A stretch of 55,751 nucleotides of DNA, filler included, from Sluysia triapertura (taxonomy: Eukaryota): assembly GCA_046118255.1 (NCBI GenBank). It is 4 parts of 4 records of this genome, joined end to end, with 100 filler letters (N's around TTAATTAATTAA, not from the genome) between each part and the next. Parts side by side here need not be neighbours in the genome. Positions count along the whole stretch, not along the records: positions 27,564 to 43,705 come from JBJNIA010209813.1; positions 43,806 to 55,751 come from JBJNIA010154048.1; 2 more parts are not named here. One strand, written 5' to 3'. How positions within the stretch are numbered: the first letter of the stretch is position 1; each line of letters starts with the position of its first letter. The translations under genes and the position numbers were made by a program. This document shows positions 41,142 to 54,691 of this stretch, piece by piece. The notes under the pieces were generated by a model, which saw nothing but the letters and a program-made list of their open reading frames with translations, was not told the origin of the DNA and searched no databases.

Positions 41142-43353
41142 TCACATTAGACTGGTTAGAAACAAATTTGCCTTTTTATAATCATTAATTTTATAATCGT
41201 TAATTTCGTAATCATTAATTTTATAAACATTAAGTTCGTAATCGACTGTTTTATAATCGTTAGGTTCGCAATCAACATCTTTAATCACTTCATTGAGAGT
41301 AAAAAATATAAACAAATCATTCCTATTTTGAATGCATAATTTAAAACTTCTAATAGTTGTATTACCTTTAAAAGACAAGTCTATATTGGGTGGAGTATGG
41401 ATTTCCAGAGTGATACTCTTTATTGTTGCATAACAGTTAAATTTATTTAATGAATAAAGAATGAGATTAAATAAACGCATTATTAATAACATTCACTATT
41501 CATTTAGAATAACATTGTATATTCTAAACTATAATTAAACTCGTCATTAACAACACCATTCTGATCATCGTTCTCAGATCATTGATTCTGCATACGTTGT
41601 ACCTTTTCTGATTACATCAGTTACATGTAACTAATTTCTTGGAAGGCTTTCAAGCTTACTATGGTTGTTATGTCAAGACACCCAGTTATGGAGGTAAACT
41701 CTTCACACCAATTTGGGTGGTGGATGATATTATGATGGTGTGATAATGATTTTAAAAGTTTATGTTTTTGAATTGAATAAATTTTTAAATGGTTGATTTT
41801 ACGTAGTTTATAACGATTGATGGTTTTATAATTTTTTAGCACCAAATGATTCCTTAAATAATTTGGACCTCTGAAGAAATAAGCGTGTTTGGTATTAATT
41901 AAGAAATTTCTAGTTAGGTTAGAATTTTCAGGTCTTAATACGACATTTATACTAAGGATAGCCTTGATAGTATATGACAGAAAGATCTGGTTAAAATTGT
42001 GATTAGCTACGGTTGACTTTAGTAAGATACGTATCGTACCTATTAACGTTTTTGTATACGTAGGTTTGAGTTTAGGGTTATCACTACAACCATCGTAAGA
42101 TATTGACTGATGTGGACATTTCAATTCTTTATAATGTTTTTTATCATGAGACAATATTCTGACACTTTGAATTAAAAAATTAGAATTATGTAATTTAAAT
42201 TCAAAGACAAATATAAAGAATTTAATCAAGAAAATTTTATTGAATATGATAATACAATTATTTTTGATGCTAATATCTTCCATTATTTGATTTTCGTATT
42301 TAACCACATTTTGTTGCTCTCCACCATTCGAGTTTCTATAATTGTAATCTAAAATATAGAATAATAGTTATATAAAATTAAGTCTTACATTCGCTATGTT
42401 ACCGTAAATGTAATAGTAAATAGACTTGCATAATTTCGTTATATTTAAAGTTAATTTCATACCTTCAATTACTGACAGAGGTGTAGATAATAGCTTGCTC
42501 GGCAGGAATAACTTGATTTTGTCAACTCGTGATTTATTAGAGTATTTTGCGATGACAATTTCCATCAACAGTAACGACTCACTCGATTCCTAACTAACTT
42601 TTTTCAACTGATTCTTATAAAATTGTGACGAATGCGCCAAACTTTTCTGTGATAATAAACGAATTAGACTATTTGATTTTTCATCGTCATATGTAACAGA
42701 TTGGTAGGTTGATAATCTATTTTCTTTTAGGTCACGTTGGATTATTGATTCACCAATAAAATTTCCTCTAACAAATAATGGCTTAAGAATTATCATATAA
42801 ACGCTTTTTGATATATACAATTGTTTTAAAGTATTTTTCCAACAATATAATTTGCTACATAAAACGAGAATAATTCACAACATGTTGCTGAATATCGCTC
42901 ATTTTTGTACCAAATTTCATTTGAAAAGGAATAATCGAAATGAATTTTAACATCTTTTACGATTATATTATTTAGAAAATATACTTTAGACATAGCAGTT
43001 AAACGGGTAATTTTTGGACGGCTCTAGCTATTAGTTGAATCAGTATCATCTTTTTGACTTGATCTATCAGTTTTACTATTTTTATTGTGACTTATTGCTG
43101 GTATTTTAACGCGACATTGAGTTTCATCATCACTTATCCAAAATACTTCACTGCAAAAATTATCTTCACATGGAACGTGTAAATCTTCATCGCAACTATT
43201 CTGGCTCTGTAGTATACATTTGACATTATCCAGATTGTGTTTGGTAACATTAGAAAAGGTAGCAGTTATCATGTAGCCATCTGAAGTTTGTTCGGCTTTT
43301 TGCTTTAGGTCATGACAATTTTCATCAAGCTTATTCAATTTTGGTAACATCAT
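41142..43353 (-). pseudogene. Cassette C cargo: five co-oriented orphan ORFs, probably one spliced or decayed gene
   Basis: ORF chain on one strand; GTAAGA...TTTTAG short intron ~42388-42349; 15-nt repeat (DYKIN) near the 3' end. Confidence 0.5.
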
Positions 43354-43471
43354 TATATAAAATCAGTTTACATAAAGTTCACAGTTTGTTGAAATAGTTG
43401 CATAAAATTTTTTTGTTACTTTGTAATAAAAATTGTGATATTTTTAGTTTTTACATTTCTCTTGTTTAGCT

Positions 43472-43634
43472 CACCCAATCAGAGTCTTAGCAAGAACAAT
43501 TAATAGTATGAACTCTGATTGGGTGGTGTACAAAAACTATTAACGTGAAATGAAGATCGATACAACTGATGACTGACCACCATCAGTGTTGGCACTTAAA
43601 TGAAAAATGTAACGTATAGTGTCAACACTGGTAG
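43472..43634 (-). promoter_or_regulatory. Cassette C twin inverted-repeat module
   Basis: CACCCAATCAGAGT 43472-43485 / ACTCTGATTGGGTG 43512-43525 (14/14); ACTGATGAC 43565; CAGTGTTGGCACT 43584-43596 / AGTGTCAACACTG 43618-43630. Confidence 0.65.
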
Positions 43635-43705
43635 CAACCAGGTTGATCATCGTTTAATTAAAATTTTATCATTTTAATGAATTGATAATAATAATAATAA
43701 TAATA

Positions 43706-43805
43706 NNNNNNNNNNNNNNNNNNNNNNNNNNNNNNNNNNNNNNNNNNNNTTAATTAATTAANNNNNNNNNNNNNNNNNNNNNNNNNNNNNNNNNNNNNNN
43801 NNNNN
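43706..43805. other. Artificial contig linker
   Basis: 44 N + TTAATTAATTAA + 44 N. Confidence 0.95.
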
Positions 43806-45818
43806 TTTATAATAATTATAATTTTTAACATTATTATAAATTTTTCTAACAATTAAAAAATTCTAAAAAATTCTAAAAATACGTAAAAATTTATACATTC
43901 TTACATTTTAATACAAAATAATTTATTTTTATAAAGAAAAATTATTCAAAATTATTCTTTTGAACTTAATGACTTTCAAACTCCACAAGTTGAAAGTATT
44001 GAAAGTATCACGAGTACATTTGTGCTGGCAATGCGTAATACCATGCAACCACGAGTATATTCGTAGTTTATAGCAATTAGGTTAATAATAACTTTTTTTA
44101 AAGATTTTATCAGAGCACAGTATTAGTTTTATTATTTCGAAATTCAAAAAAAATTGTTGAAAAAATAGATAGTAAGATAATAATTATTTGCAAAACATAT
44201 TTTATTATAACATTATTATGGCCAAGAAATAAGCTTAGTTACAAACCGAAATGATGTTTCTCATTCATCTAATAAAATTTGATTTATGAAATATTCCTAT
44301 CCGCCTACTCACAAATAATTAAATTTAAAAATAAAATATCAATATTTAAACATTTAATTAATCGAAGTGAACCTTTTTTTTCGAAATTAATTAATAAAAA
44401 TTATTTTTTTGTACAATTTGTCAAAAATAAAGAAAAAATTAAAAAAGCATTTACATTAAAGCACATCAAATATCAAAATCTAAATAATAACAAAATATCT
44501 TCTAAATTGATATTTATTATAAATTCTATTCATTTTCACTGCTTACAAATACTAATTGATTTTACATTTGTATATTTGCGGTAAATTGTCAGTTTGATAA
44601 AGTACAAACAATCGAACATTTCTAAAATTAGATTCCTAATAGTAAAAATGAAAACTCAAATTATAAAGCTTAAAATTGTATTAAAAATAAATAATTATAA
44701 TAACCACAAGAATTAATATTAAAGTTTTTAAAATAAACTTCGTTATCGAAATATCAGCTTAAAATACAGCATAAATTTATTATATGATTTTAGGGAAAAA
44801 AATTTCCTTAAATAATTTAAATTGAAGAAAATGTAAAATTAAAATAATGATTTTAATAAAATAATTTTTGTGAATTATTTCTTATTTTAATGGTTTCAAT
44901 TACAGCTTATATTCTTTTCTAAAACGAGGAAATTTAATCTGGTGTTCATTAACATTTTCATCTTAAAATTATTAATAATAATAATAATTATTATTATTAT
45001 TGTTATTAATATTTTATATTAATCTTTTACTACTTTCTAATTTAGAATTTACTTCCGGTAGCTAGTATATATTAGAACTACATCTCTACTATTAATAATA
45101 CATTTATTACATTAAAAATATTATAATTTATTTTTTAATTATTCTTTTTGCAAATGCTTGATGGAGAGATGTTTTCTACTTGAATCATAATAATTTGACT
45201 CTGTTTTAGTTTCAAATAATATAGATTTTGATCTACTTAAATGCTTTAAGAATTTTCTGTTTAAAAATAATACTAAAATAATTGAACGAAATAAATTCTG
45301 GATAAATACATAATCAGAAATTGTATCACTTTAATATATGTGGACGAAATTGATCAGCAACAATGTGTGGAATAAGATTACAAAATATATAAGATAAAGA
45401 TACATTTTATGAGTAAATAAAATTGGCTTTATGATGAAATTAATTATTAGGAAATTATTATAGAATATAATCAATAAAATGTGGTATCCTCGAAAAATAC
45501 TATGTAAGGGGAAATATTTCATTTCAAATCTCATGCATAGACAATATTAATGTTGAATAAGAAAATTTTGTAGAATGATTAATTGGAATTATTGATTGAA
45601 TCCAAAGATTTTTAAATTCAGAAAACTTCTATTTAACATTAATGAAAAATTTATTGAATATCTAATAAGTAAGTACGATATACTTTTGAGAGTTTGTGTG
45701 ATGTTATAGAATTAAATTCAAAGGAATTTATTAAATTATAAATAAATTGAGGAAATTTTACGAGAACGAAAATTAATTAGGATTAAAATTTCATTATTTT
45801 CTTTTAGGAATTGAATAA

Positions 45819-45974
45819 TGTTATACTTCGTAAAATGGACTGACCGGCGATCGAACCCGGAACCTCTCGTGCGCAGTTCGAATGCTTTACCACTGAGCTG
45901 TCAGCCCCGTCTAACAATTTTTAGATTACTCTATTCAATTATACCAAATGGCACCTTAGGCCTACATCCAAACA
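45819..45974 (-). mobile_element. tRNA-containing TGTT...AACA element, copy 3 (full length; tRNA-like part 45836-45907)
   Basis: Minus strand GGGCTGA..AGCTCAGTGGTAAAGC..GGGTTCGATC..TCAGTCCA gives A and B boxes and a 7-bp acceptor stem with G3:U70. Flanks are ATAA/ATAG. Confidence 0.85.
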
Positions 45975-48399
45975 ATAGTATAAAACTGTATAAGGTAAAA
46001 TCTAAAGTATTTATTTAATATAATTCTTTTAACATCGAAATATACAAAATGAGATTTACTATATTTATTAACTATGACAAATATTAGATCAATAAAATTA
46101 TTATGAAATGTTAATTTGAAATTTGAAGTTGATAGACGTATTATATTGTGGGATACTACAAGCTATACAAAGTTATTGTCATAGGAGAAAAATTCACTAC
46201 AATAAAAACTTACTTCTAGTTTCAGTTCATAATTTATTATAGTTGGCTGTTCTTTATGATCGATACAAATAAGACCGTCATCATTTAGAAGAATTGAACT
46301 AATTGATTCTACTTTCAGTGAAACCAATAGCTTAACAATACGATCTAAATGGAAATTACTGTTTATTATTACGTTTCATAATAAACGTAATTATGAAACG
46401 TTGTTAGCATATTGACGTCCATACCCGAGGCATTTGTACCAAACGAACATAGTGCGGTTCTATAGAGGTTATTATAAAAATCGCAGTTTAGATGATTATT
46501 TAATGTGATGAAACATCGACATGTAGAGTAATAGAATTTACTTCTTTAACGTATTCTTAATTTTTGATGTCGCTATTCTTGAATTCTTTGATATTATTAC
46601 CTTTAACATTCAGTCTTCTATTCATGGTTATATTCATTAAATGATTAGAATAAGTATGTTCATTGTACTGACAAGGCTTCATTACATACATTACTTCGTT
46701 ATCTGGTAAATTGATTATATATTGTCATTATCTAAATCTGAAAGCTGGAATGTCGTTTCAACCTTTCTTTGATCATTTGCATTACAACCATTAATAATTA
46801 ATTCAAGATTCTTGAGAAACATAATTTTTTTTCATTCTTTAATTAAAAATTATCTTTCAAATTAATAAAATTAATTGTATCTTTATTGATCACTAATAAT
46901 GATACATATTGTTTATCTTAATTTTTAATATTGAGTTTTATTTTTTATCACCAATACTAATATAACCTGAAAGTTTTATTTTCAAAATACAAGGATTGTT
47001 TTTTGAACGAATAGTCACCAATTATGCTAAAAAATTACCAAAATCTTTCTTATATTAGTTATTATTTTAATCTCTGAACAAGATTCCAACTAACTTAGAT
47101 TTTATTGGTTGGCTAATGAGAAACAATTATGCACAATTAATTTTTTGTTGCTACATCATTTGCAACTGTGATATGATGACAATGGTTGAGGAAAAATAAT
47201 TAAAACAGTCTAGGTTGGTAGTAATTACAAAATGTCAACTAACTAATTGGCTCAGTTATTTCAAGAGATTCGTTTTAACAAGATCTATTTAGACTAATAT
47301 CACAATTTTTTCCCACAAGTAGTAAGTGTTAGGTTGTCGTCACAACCCTCAAAAATTACATAAAATGCTTTAAAATTATTTAAAAATCAATTAAAACTAT
47401 TTATAAATCTTTAAAATCACTTAAAAAATAATTATTTTTCAAAAAAGAAATTCTTTTTCGAAAAAAGAAAATAAAATTTCTAAAAAACAAAAATGTTTTA
47501 GAACATTCCATCGATTTTCAATGGCTGATGACAACTATATAAACTATCATCAGCATATGAAAATCTCCATTTTTTTCGTCGCCATTTTGATTTGGATACT
47601 ATTTCAAAGATTTAACTTTTTAGTGTATTCGAGCAATCTGCAAATTCTTTATCAATTCCATGTTAAAAGTAATTTATTTTTCCTAAGTTGATATTAATTT
47701 TGTTTACGAAAATTAATATTAAAAAATTTATTTAATATCTAAATTTTAAGGTCTCCTTGATTTATTGAGGGGTAAAATACAGGAAAAATCTTATTTAATC
47801 ATAAGTTAAATATTGATCATCAGTTTTAACTGTAACAAACTTTTATTTAATTGAGGTTTCTCCTTGTTCTACAACTTTTTAAGTTTTGTAATTCAAATTA
47901 TAAAAGTTTTATTTTATTTAATAAAAATTTTGAATTTTATACAGCAAATTGTGCTTTCATTTACTGAATATTAGAGCACCAATCTTTAAATTTGTAATTA
48001 CCAACTTATTTAGTTACAGAGACGCCAATGATATGTTTTAAGACACTGTAAACGGACCCTGTCAAAAATTATTTTTCCGTGGGTTACAAGTTAGAAAAAC
48101 TGCAGCATAAGTTTAATTTTTGTATAAGTTTTTCCTTCTTTAAAGGAAGGATTAAAATATCCAGATAAAATATATTATTTTTTCCACTATTTTAAGGCTA
48201 GTGTTAAACTTATAATTAAAGTGAATGGTCAGTATTAAATTAAAGATCTAAAGATTTTTTTGATATAATATTAATTTGTTTACACATAATATATATATTT
48301 CTATTACAACTTTTTATTGTATTTTTTGGTATTTTGAAATCATTAATAAATTAATATCGATTCAACATCCAAAAAATGTTTAACTTGACTTGCTAATTA

Positions 48400-51300
48400 T
48401 AAATATTTAAATTTTAAATAAAAACAAGTGTAAAACCTTTAAAAAATTTCCAATAACAAATTGTACATAAAATAAACATTTACTTTACAATTACCACGAT
48501 CACAAGAGACCTAAAAACCAATATAAACCAATTTTATAAATAATCGATGTTAAGCAATTACTTATGTGAGCTGTATTTAAAAAAGACCATTATTAAACCA
48601 TGAGTAATAATTAAATCGATCAAAATAAAAAGCAACATCATGCGAAAAATCAAATCTGTTTTTAGGTTACACATTAAGAAGACAAAACATCTTTTGCAGA
48701 TACAATGATTCTTTAGGTGCTAAGTAAGTAGATATGTCCATGCTAATAAACCAATGCATTTTGCATTTTTTGTTATTAATATATTGAGGTTATGAACTCA
48801 ATAAGAATTTAGGACAGTACAAATATTATAATAACACAAATGAAGGACCATAGGAATATTTTAATATACAAACTTGGTATATAATAGTATACGTAAACTG
48901 CAATAACCATAGAATCTTCGCAATCGTAACCATGGATATGTAATTTATAATACTATGCATCGCATTCATATATAAATTTTATAAGTATGGTTTGTTGTCA
49001 CTTGTTCTAGTAACGTTCTTTTTTCTGAATAGCTGAACATTAAAATCGACTTTAACTAGTTAAAATAAAGAAACCCTAAGACATGTCTCCGAGCAAAATA
49101 ACCGATGTTCAATCTATTAATACCAAATCCAAACTTAATATAATACTCTAACAAAAATTTATGCCAAAATCTAAACTACTAGTAAACCATATATTCGAGA
49201 TAAATCACTAGTAAACCAATAAAAAGGAACCTATCCAGGCGAAAGATAGATACTTTATTAATTTTATAAAGAAGAGTTTTATAATAATTAAATGAGCTTG
49301 AAATCATTTCTCTTGATGTTATCTGAGACATTTTAACAAATCTTAAATAAATTATAAAATAATTAAAAGTCCAAAAACTAAAATGTATACATTTATTAAT
49401 TGACTTTAAAATTAAAATTTTAACTTTTCTTGAAGGTATTCTATACATCACTTTGAACCTCATCTTAACTTTAGTTTTTGAAATAAAAAGAACATTTAGA
49501 AAACTATAAACATAAGCAATTAAAATATTTACATTATCAAATTTTACCAATGAATTTGTCCTAGTAATACAAGAATAAATACTTGAAATTTGTTGTCTCG
49601 GATATTTTTAACATACTGTAATAGGATGGCAGAGATGTTTTTTGATAGATCGGATATGGTCTGTAGTTACTTCCACAACCAATCTTGACAAGAATTGATG
49701 GCTGTTTTTGTTGTAATCTACTGTATGTTGTTGATCGAAGTTTGGTACCATCACAATATTCCGATAATAATTATGTTTTAAAAATTTCATTTCATTAAAA
49801 TAACAATAATATAATCTTTTACAAAAAGAATAATAATAGCAATGATCTATTTCTTTACAAAAATCATAATAACCGGTTATTACGTTGAAAGATGAATCCG
49901 CATACATAAGCATAAAGAAATTAGGATAGACATTTGAATGTTTAAAATAACTTAATCGAAATATGGCATTTATAGAAGTATCAGGTTTAACTAAATCGAA
50001 TAATAAAATTTTGGTATTAAATGCTGTTACGAGTAGAAATATTATACGAGCTATAAAATTATCTAATGATTTTGATAAAACTTTAAAAACTCCTTTTGAA
50101 TTTTTAATTATATCTAATTTAATACTTTGTTTAGCAAGTACCAACTTTACGTAAACTAGGTAACGCATAGAACATCTTTTAGTAATATACAGCTTCTGTT
50201 CTGAGGATTATACAAAAGAATTCTACTTTCTTGGAAATGAATTTGATAGTTTTTTGTTTTAAAGAATCTTTTGTTTCACAATAGTCATACCTACTTGGGA
50301 TATACTTATTTAATTCATCATATACCTCCACACACAAATCTAACGATTTCAACGAAATCAAACAAAAGTCATTTTTACTAAATAAGACATTAATTTTCTC
50401 ATCACTTGTAGAACTACAATCAAACAACCGATTTGATAAAATAGTCTCTTTGGTTTGCGGTTTAATTATATATACATAAATACATGGTTTAACTCTTCTT
50501 TAACTTTCATACTTAAAATTTACCTTTTGCCATTTCTTTTTATCAAAATATTCAACATCATATATTTGCATTATTACCAAAATAAAATCGAGTAATTAAA
50601 GTGATTAACGAAATTTTTTAACTACTATTATTTTTAGGTTGTACTATTTTCACATTTCTATCAGGGCTTCCAATTATCCAATTAAACAAATTCAACCTGA
50701 TTGGATGACAGGCAGAAAATACAAAAATGATAATTACTGATGATAGTATAAAATTGAATTCTTTGAAACTGTACACGATCTTCCTTTAATTCTTACAGAT
50801 TTTTAACATATTGAAATAAATTAAAAATGTATTTGGGACTAAAGTTTTTAAGAATTGTTTTGAAAGAATTGATAAGTATAATTAACCTTTGATATGAGTA
50901 ATGAGATGAAATAGAGAATATTAGAATGAGTTGTGGATAAAAGGCTTGTTGAGAAGATTGTAATTTGATGAACAACAATATAACTCTTAGTATATAATGT
51001 TATATAATGGTATTATTGTATAAGGTTTTGTGTGATTTGTTTGTTTGATGTTTTTATGGTGTTGTATTGTGTTGTTGATGGTTATGTATAGACGAATAGT
51101 GAATTTAAGATATAATTAATTCGAAGATGTGAAGTAGGTATTTTACATGTTTCAAGTAGATTTGCTGGTGTTATCTAATGGTATTATAAGTTTGTCACTA
51201 TGATTTAGTTAAAGTGTAGTGTAAAATGAAGGATTCGAAAGTATTGAGTGGATTATCTGAAATGTATTTGTTGTTGGATTATTGTGAATGTCGAGTAACA

Positions 51301-51494
51301 TGTTTTTGGTGGATTAGTTAGTGTAAATTGGTAATGTTGGGTGTAATTGTGATTTGTATGTTGTGGAATTGTGGGTGTGAATTGATTTTAAAAGGTATGT
51401 AAGAGATGAATGTATGAGTGTTAAAGTGTGATGAAAAGAAGAAAAATATTAGTTTTTAATAAAATTTTAGTGGTTGTAAAAGTTGGCCACTACA
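48400..51494 (-). mobile_element. Cassette D: TGTAGTGGCCAAC terminus, skewed leader, CCAAT module, orphan cargo; distal boundary uncertain
   Basis: GTTGGCCACTACA 51482-51494; C-poor plus strand ~50900-51480; ACTGATGAT 50736; ATCAGG 50660 / CCTGATTGG 50696. Confidence 0.6.
49179..50571 (-). pseudogene. Cassette D cargo: orphan ORF chain
   Basis: ATG ~50571 (MQIYDVEYFDKKKMAK) followed by a GTAAAT donor, then ORFs of 82, 186 and 123 aa separated by stops or frameshifts. Confidence 0.45.
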
Positions 51495-51903
51495 TTGGTA
51501 CTGAAATAGCTTATTCAGATTTGATTGGTTTTGTATTGTTATATTATCATTGATGATTATATGCAAAAATCTTTATTATTATTATTATTCCTTGTTTTTC
51601 ATGTGTAATAAAAATATTGATCATTGATTATCTCAGTTGATAAACTGAAATTATCCAATAAAACTTTAAAATAATGATGCCAATATAAGTTTTAAGTAAC
51701 TCTCTATATATAACATGGTACCTAATTGATGGATGATGATTATTAGTATTTTTGCAGTATTTGTATCATTATTGGGTTATTGGAGGAATTGTTGGTGGTG
51801 GTGGTTATGATAAACTTCAGTATGTAGTAGAAGGTACAGACGGCAGTGACCGTTGATATATGTGAATGTTCCGAATGGACAAATGATCATTGTCATTACT
51901 AGG

Positions 51904-51960
51904 CAGGGCCGGATCTAGGGTTTTGAGCGACCCGGACAAAACAAAATTTGGCGCCCTTTC
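51904..51960 (+). mobile_element. Possible hAT-type MITE terminus
   Basis: GC-rich CAGGGCCGGATCTAGGG...GGCGCCC, typical of non-autonomous hAT ends; partner end not found. Confidence 0.35.
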
Positions 51961-52384
51961 ATACAAGAATATACAAATTTATTGCGAATTAAAAAAATCA
52001 AAATTACACAATAAAGAACTGTGTAAAAAATTTATTTAAAAAACAGTACAATAGTTATTTGCTTACAAGCGATACAACATATGGAATAATGTAACAAGCG
52101 CATTTGAAGTTTGTCTAAATAAATACTTCGATGAAATCTCATTTTGTTATTTAGAAGCCCTCTAAATTCGGTCTAATTAATTATTGATTATCTTGAATAA
52201 TGGATGTATGAAAAGTCTGGGATCTGTATGACACTAGCTCTTCGGGAAAGAAAATTGTTAAACAATTTAAACCTTTTAAACAATGTACTGTGTGCGGTCT
52301 CTTGATAAATTTTTATACACCGCAAGACCGTTAACAATCAACATGAAATAGTACGACTAATTATGACACAGTCTTATTATTTAG

Positions 52385-52625
52385 CTATTGAATGTCTTAG
52401 TGGGGTCGAAGAATTACCGAACTGTTCGAGATATTCACTTTATTAAAGGTTGTATGGAACGAGCGACAACAATTTTAACAAAAGGCTGGCCACGTTTCGA
52501 TGTGAAACAGGAATTTGAGTTACAGTATCGCGATTTGGTTCGTTTGATTCAAATTCTAGATCATGTTGTTTTAAAAGTACGAGAACGACCAGGCAATTGG
52601 CAAGTATTCTGTGATAAGTGTCCTG
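52385..52625 (+). CDS. UBR4: UBR4 internal exon
   Basis: TTTAG acceptor; LQYRDLVRL..RERPGNWQVFC; phase-1 donor joins in frame to 52735. Confidence 0.8.
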
Positions 52626-52674
52626 GTTTGTTTATGCTATTATTATTATCATTATTAATATCATCATCATCATC

Positions 52675-52734
<60 letters not shown>

Positions 52735-53708
52735 ATATATTAGATATGATTTTGCACAAATGTGTAACAATTAATACAAACTATTTTATGATAACTGAGC
52801 GTCTTCTTTATCTCTTATATGTTGCTTTACTGGATGACAAATCAGGTGCAGGACACACTACAACTGCTACTAAATTAAAATCCACAACAAATCATTACGA
52901 TATTAGTTACAAACGTATCAAAACTTTATTAGTAGATCGTAATGCATTCTGTAATTTGATTGGCCAATTTGTAGACAAATTAATTTGCTCATCTAATCAG
53001 GCAGAACCAATGAAGTGGTTGGCGGAAGCAGTCATTGAAAAATTTTTACAATTCGAAAATAGTACTACTCATAATGAATGTGGTTCCTCGATGTATGAAA
53101 TTAGTCAAGTTATTTTACAAGTGTGGTGTTCGAAAGTGGTTAATCAATCTGGCGAGTCATCACAACAATTGACATTGCAATTGTGTGATTTGTCTGCTCA
53201 TATGGCTATACATACTCAGAATTATGCTTTGAAACATCTGTTGGTGACGAGTCTTATCAATAACATTATTCAGTCAGCTGATGAAGTAATAAATTTGGCT
53301 CGTGAAAGACGAGAACAAGCTGCAGAATTATCGCGTTGGATAACAGGTCGTGTCGATTTAGAACCATGCCATGTCTGCGTGCGAGCAGATTGTCCGCAAA
53401 ATTTGTATTGTTGGGATAGTGAGCCTACCGATACTAGACGTAGTCAATTAGCAGCATCAAGAAGTGCTACGAGTGGGGCTGGATCTGCATCAGGTATAGG
53501 AGGAAATATGTCAATTGAACTAAGGTTACACAATTATGTACCACCAACAACACCTGCAAATCAAGATGCAGCAATTACCGGAGTTAGTAATGTTGCGACT
53601 GCTACTACTACTACCACGACTGCCACGACAGCTAATGTTAACGCAACTACTACACCTAATGTCAACACAACCACGGAATCTTCAACTGCAAATTCGTCAG
53701 CATTACAA
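52735..53708 (+). CDS. UBR4: UBR4 internal exon
   Basis: In-frame CAG acceptor and GTAAGT donor; DLEPCHVC resembles UBR4 LESDPCLVC. Confidence 0.85.
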
Positions 53709-53819
53709 GTAAGTGGTATTATTTTTCACAACGAATAGATTAAGTATCTAGCAAAATAATGTCTCAATATAATAATTAAGTCGCAATTTTCTAAACTATT
53801 TTCTCAAAACATCGTTTAG

Positions 53820-54691
53820 GAACGTCCTCCAGTATCCATTTCACCTGCTGTGCGAGCTTCATCAAATGTTCACGTATTTTATTTGCGTTCTTTCTATACT
53901 CTCGAATCAGTCAGTCTACGATTTAGTGCCTCGGGATATGGAGGAGCCAGTACTGCTGCTGCTGTAGCCAGTTCTAACCGAGCCCGCATGCTATTTATGG
54001 CAGCAGGACCTATTGGTACTGCAAGTGGAGGAGCGTCAGTTTCAAACATGCTAGCGAGTGCAATTTGTGCTGTAACTATTTTCTATTCTGATACCAGTAC
54101 AGTTGCTCCTAGTCAGATGTTAGATTCAGTGCATTACTGGCAACTACTCGGAACATATCCATTACCTCGCGATTCCATTTCTGGATCAGGAACCTTACAG
54201 CTCACTTTGCCAGTTCCAGTAACTGCTTGTTATCTTATTATCAAGTACGATCTATCTCCTGCGTCTATTTTGGCTGCTGTTAGTTCACCCAATCAAAACA
54301 ACATGGCGTCTGTTATTAACCAGTTAGCACACAGTTTTACTAAATACACTCCAGCATCAGTAGCAGCAGCAACGGCAAGTAGTGGCGGACTTGGATCTAA
54401 TGGTATAGAAGGTAATATTCTTGTTAATGTACACAATTTTACTGGTCACATAAATTTAGTAACAAGTGCTGCATCCAATATTACCATAGCAGGTGCACCG
54501 CACACGGAACCACTCAAATGTCCTCGTTGTCATTCTGGCAACATTCAAGGTAGTGTATGCTTAACCTGTCGCGATAATATCAATCAATGTTATCGTTGTC
54601 GAGCTATCAATTATGCAGGAGTTGAATCGTTTATATGCTCCAACTGTTTCAGTTGCCGTTATGGAAAAATCGAATTCACGATCAAAGCGAG
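53820..54691 (+). CDS. UBR4: UBR4 internal exon with the cysteine-rich domain
   Basis: LKCPRC..VCLTCRDNINQCYRCRAINY..FICSNCFSCRYGKIEF matches the UBR4/p600/BIG pattern [51 protein letters not shown] donor. Confidence 0.92.

Noticed and set aside
45836-45907. Functional tRNA-Ala gene
   Set aside because: The anticodon arm does not fold canonically, and the copies are diverged and embedded in a repeat.
46371-46401. 12-bp perfect hairpin ACGTTTCATAAT/ATTATGAAACGT
   Set aside because: Single AT-rich occurrence without supporting context.
47318-47600. AGTAGT start and CGCCATTTT motif as a Maverick/Polinton end or far end of cassette D
   Set aside because: No partner TIR, no TSD, and no polB, integrase or capsid motif.
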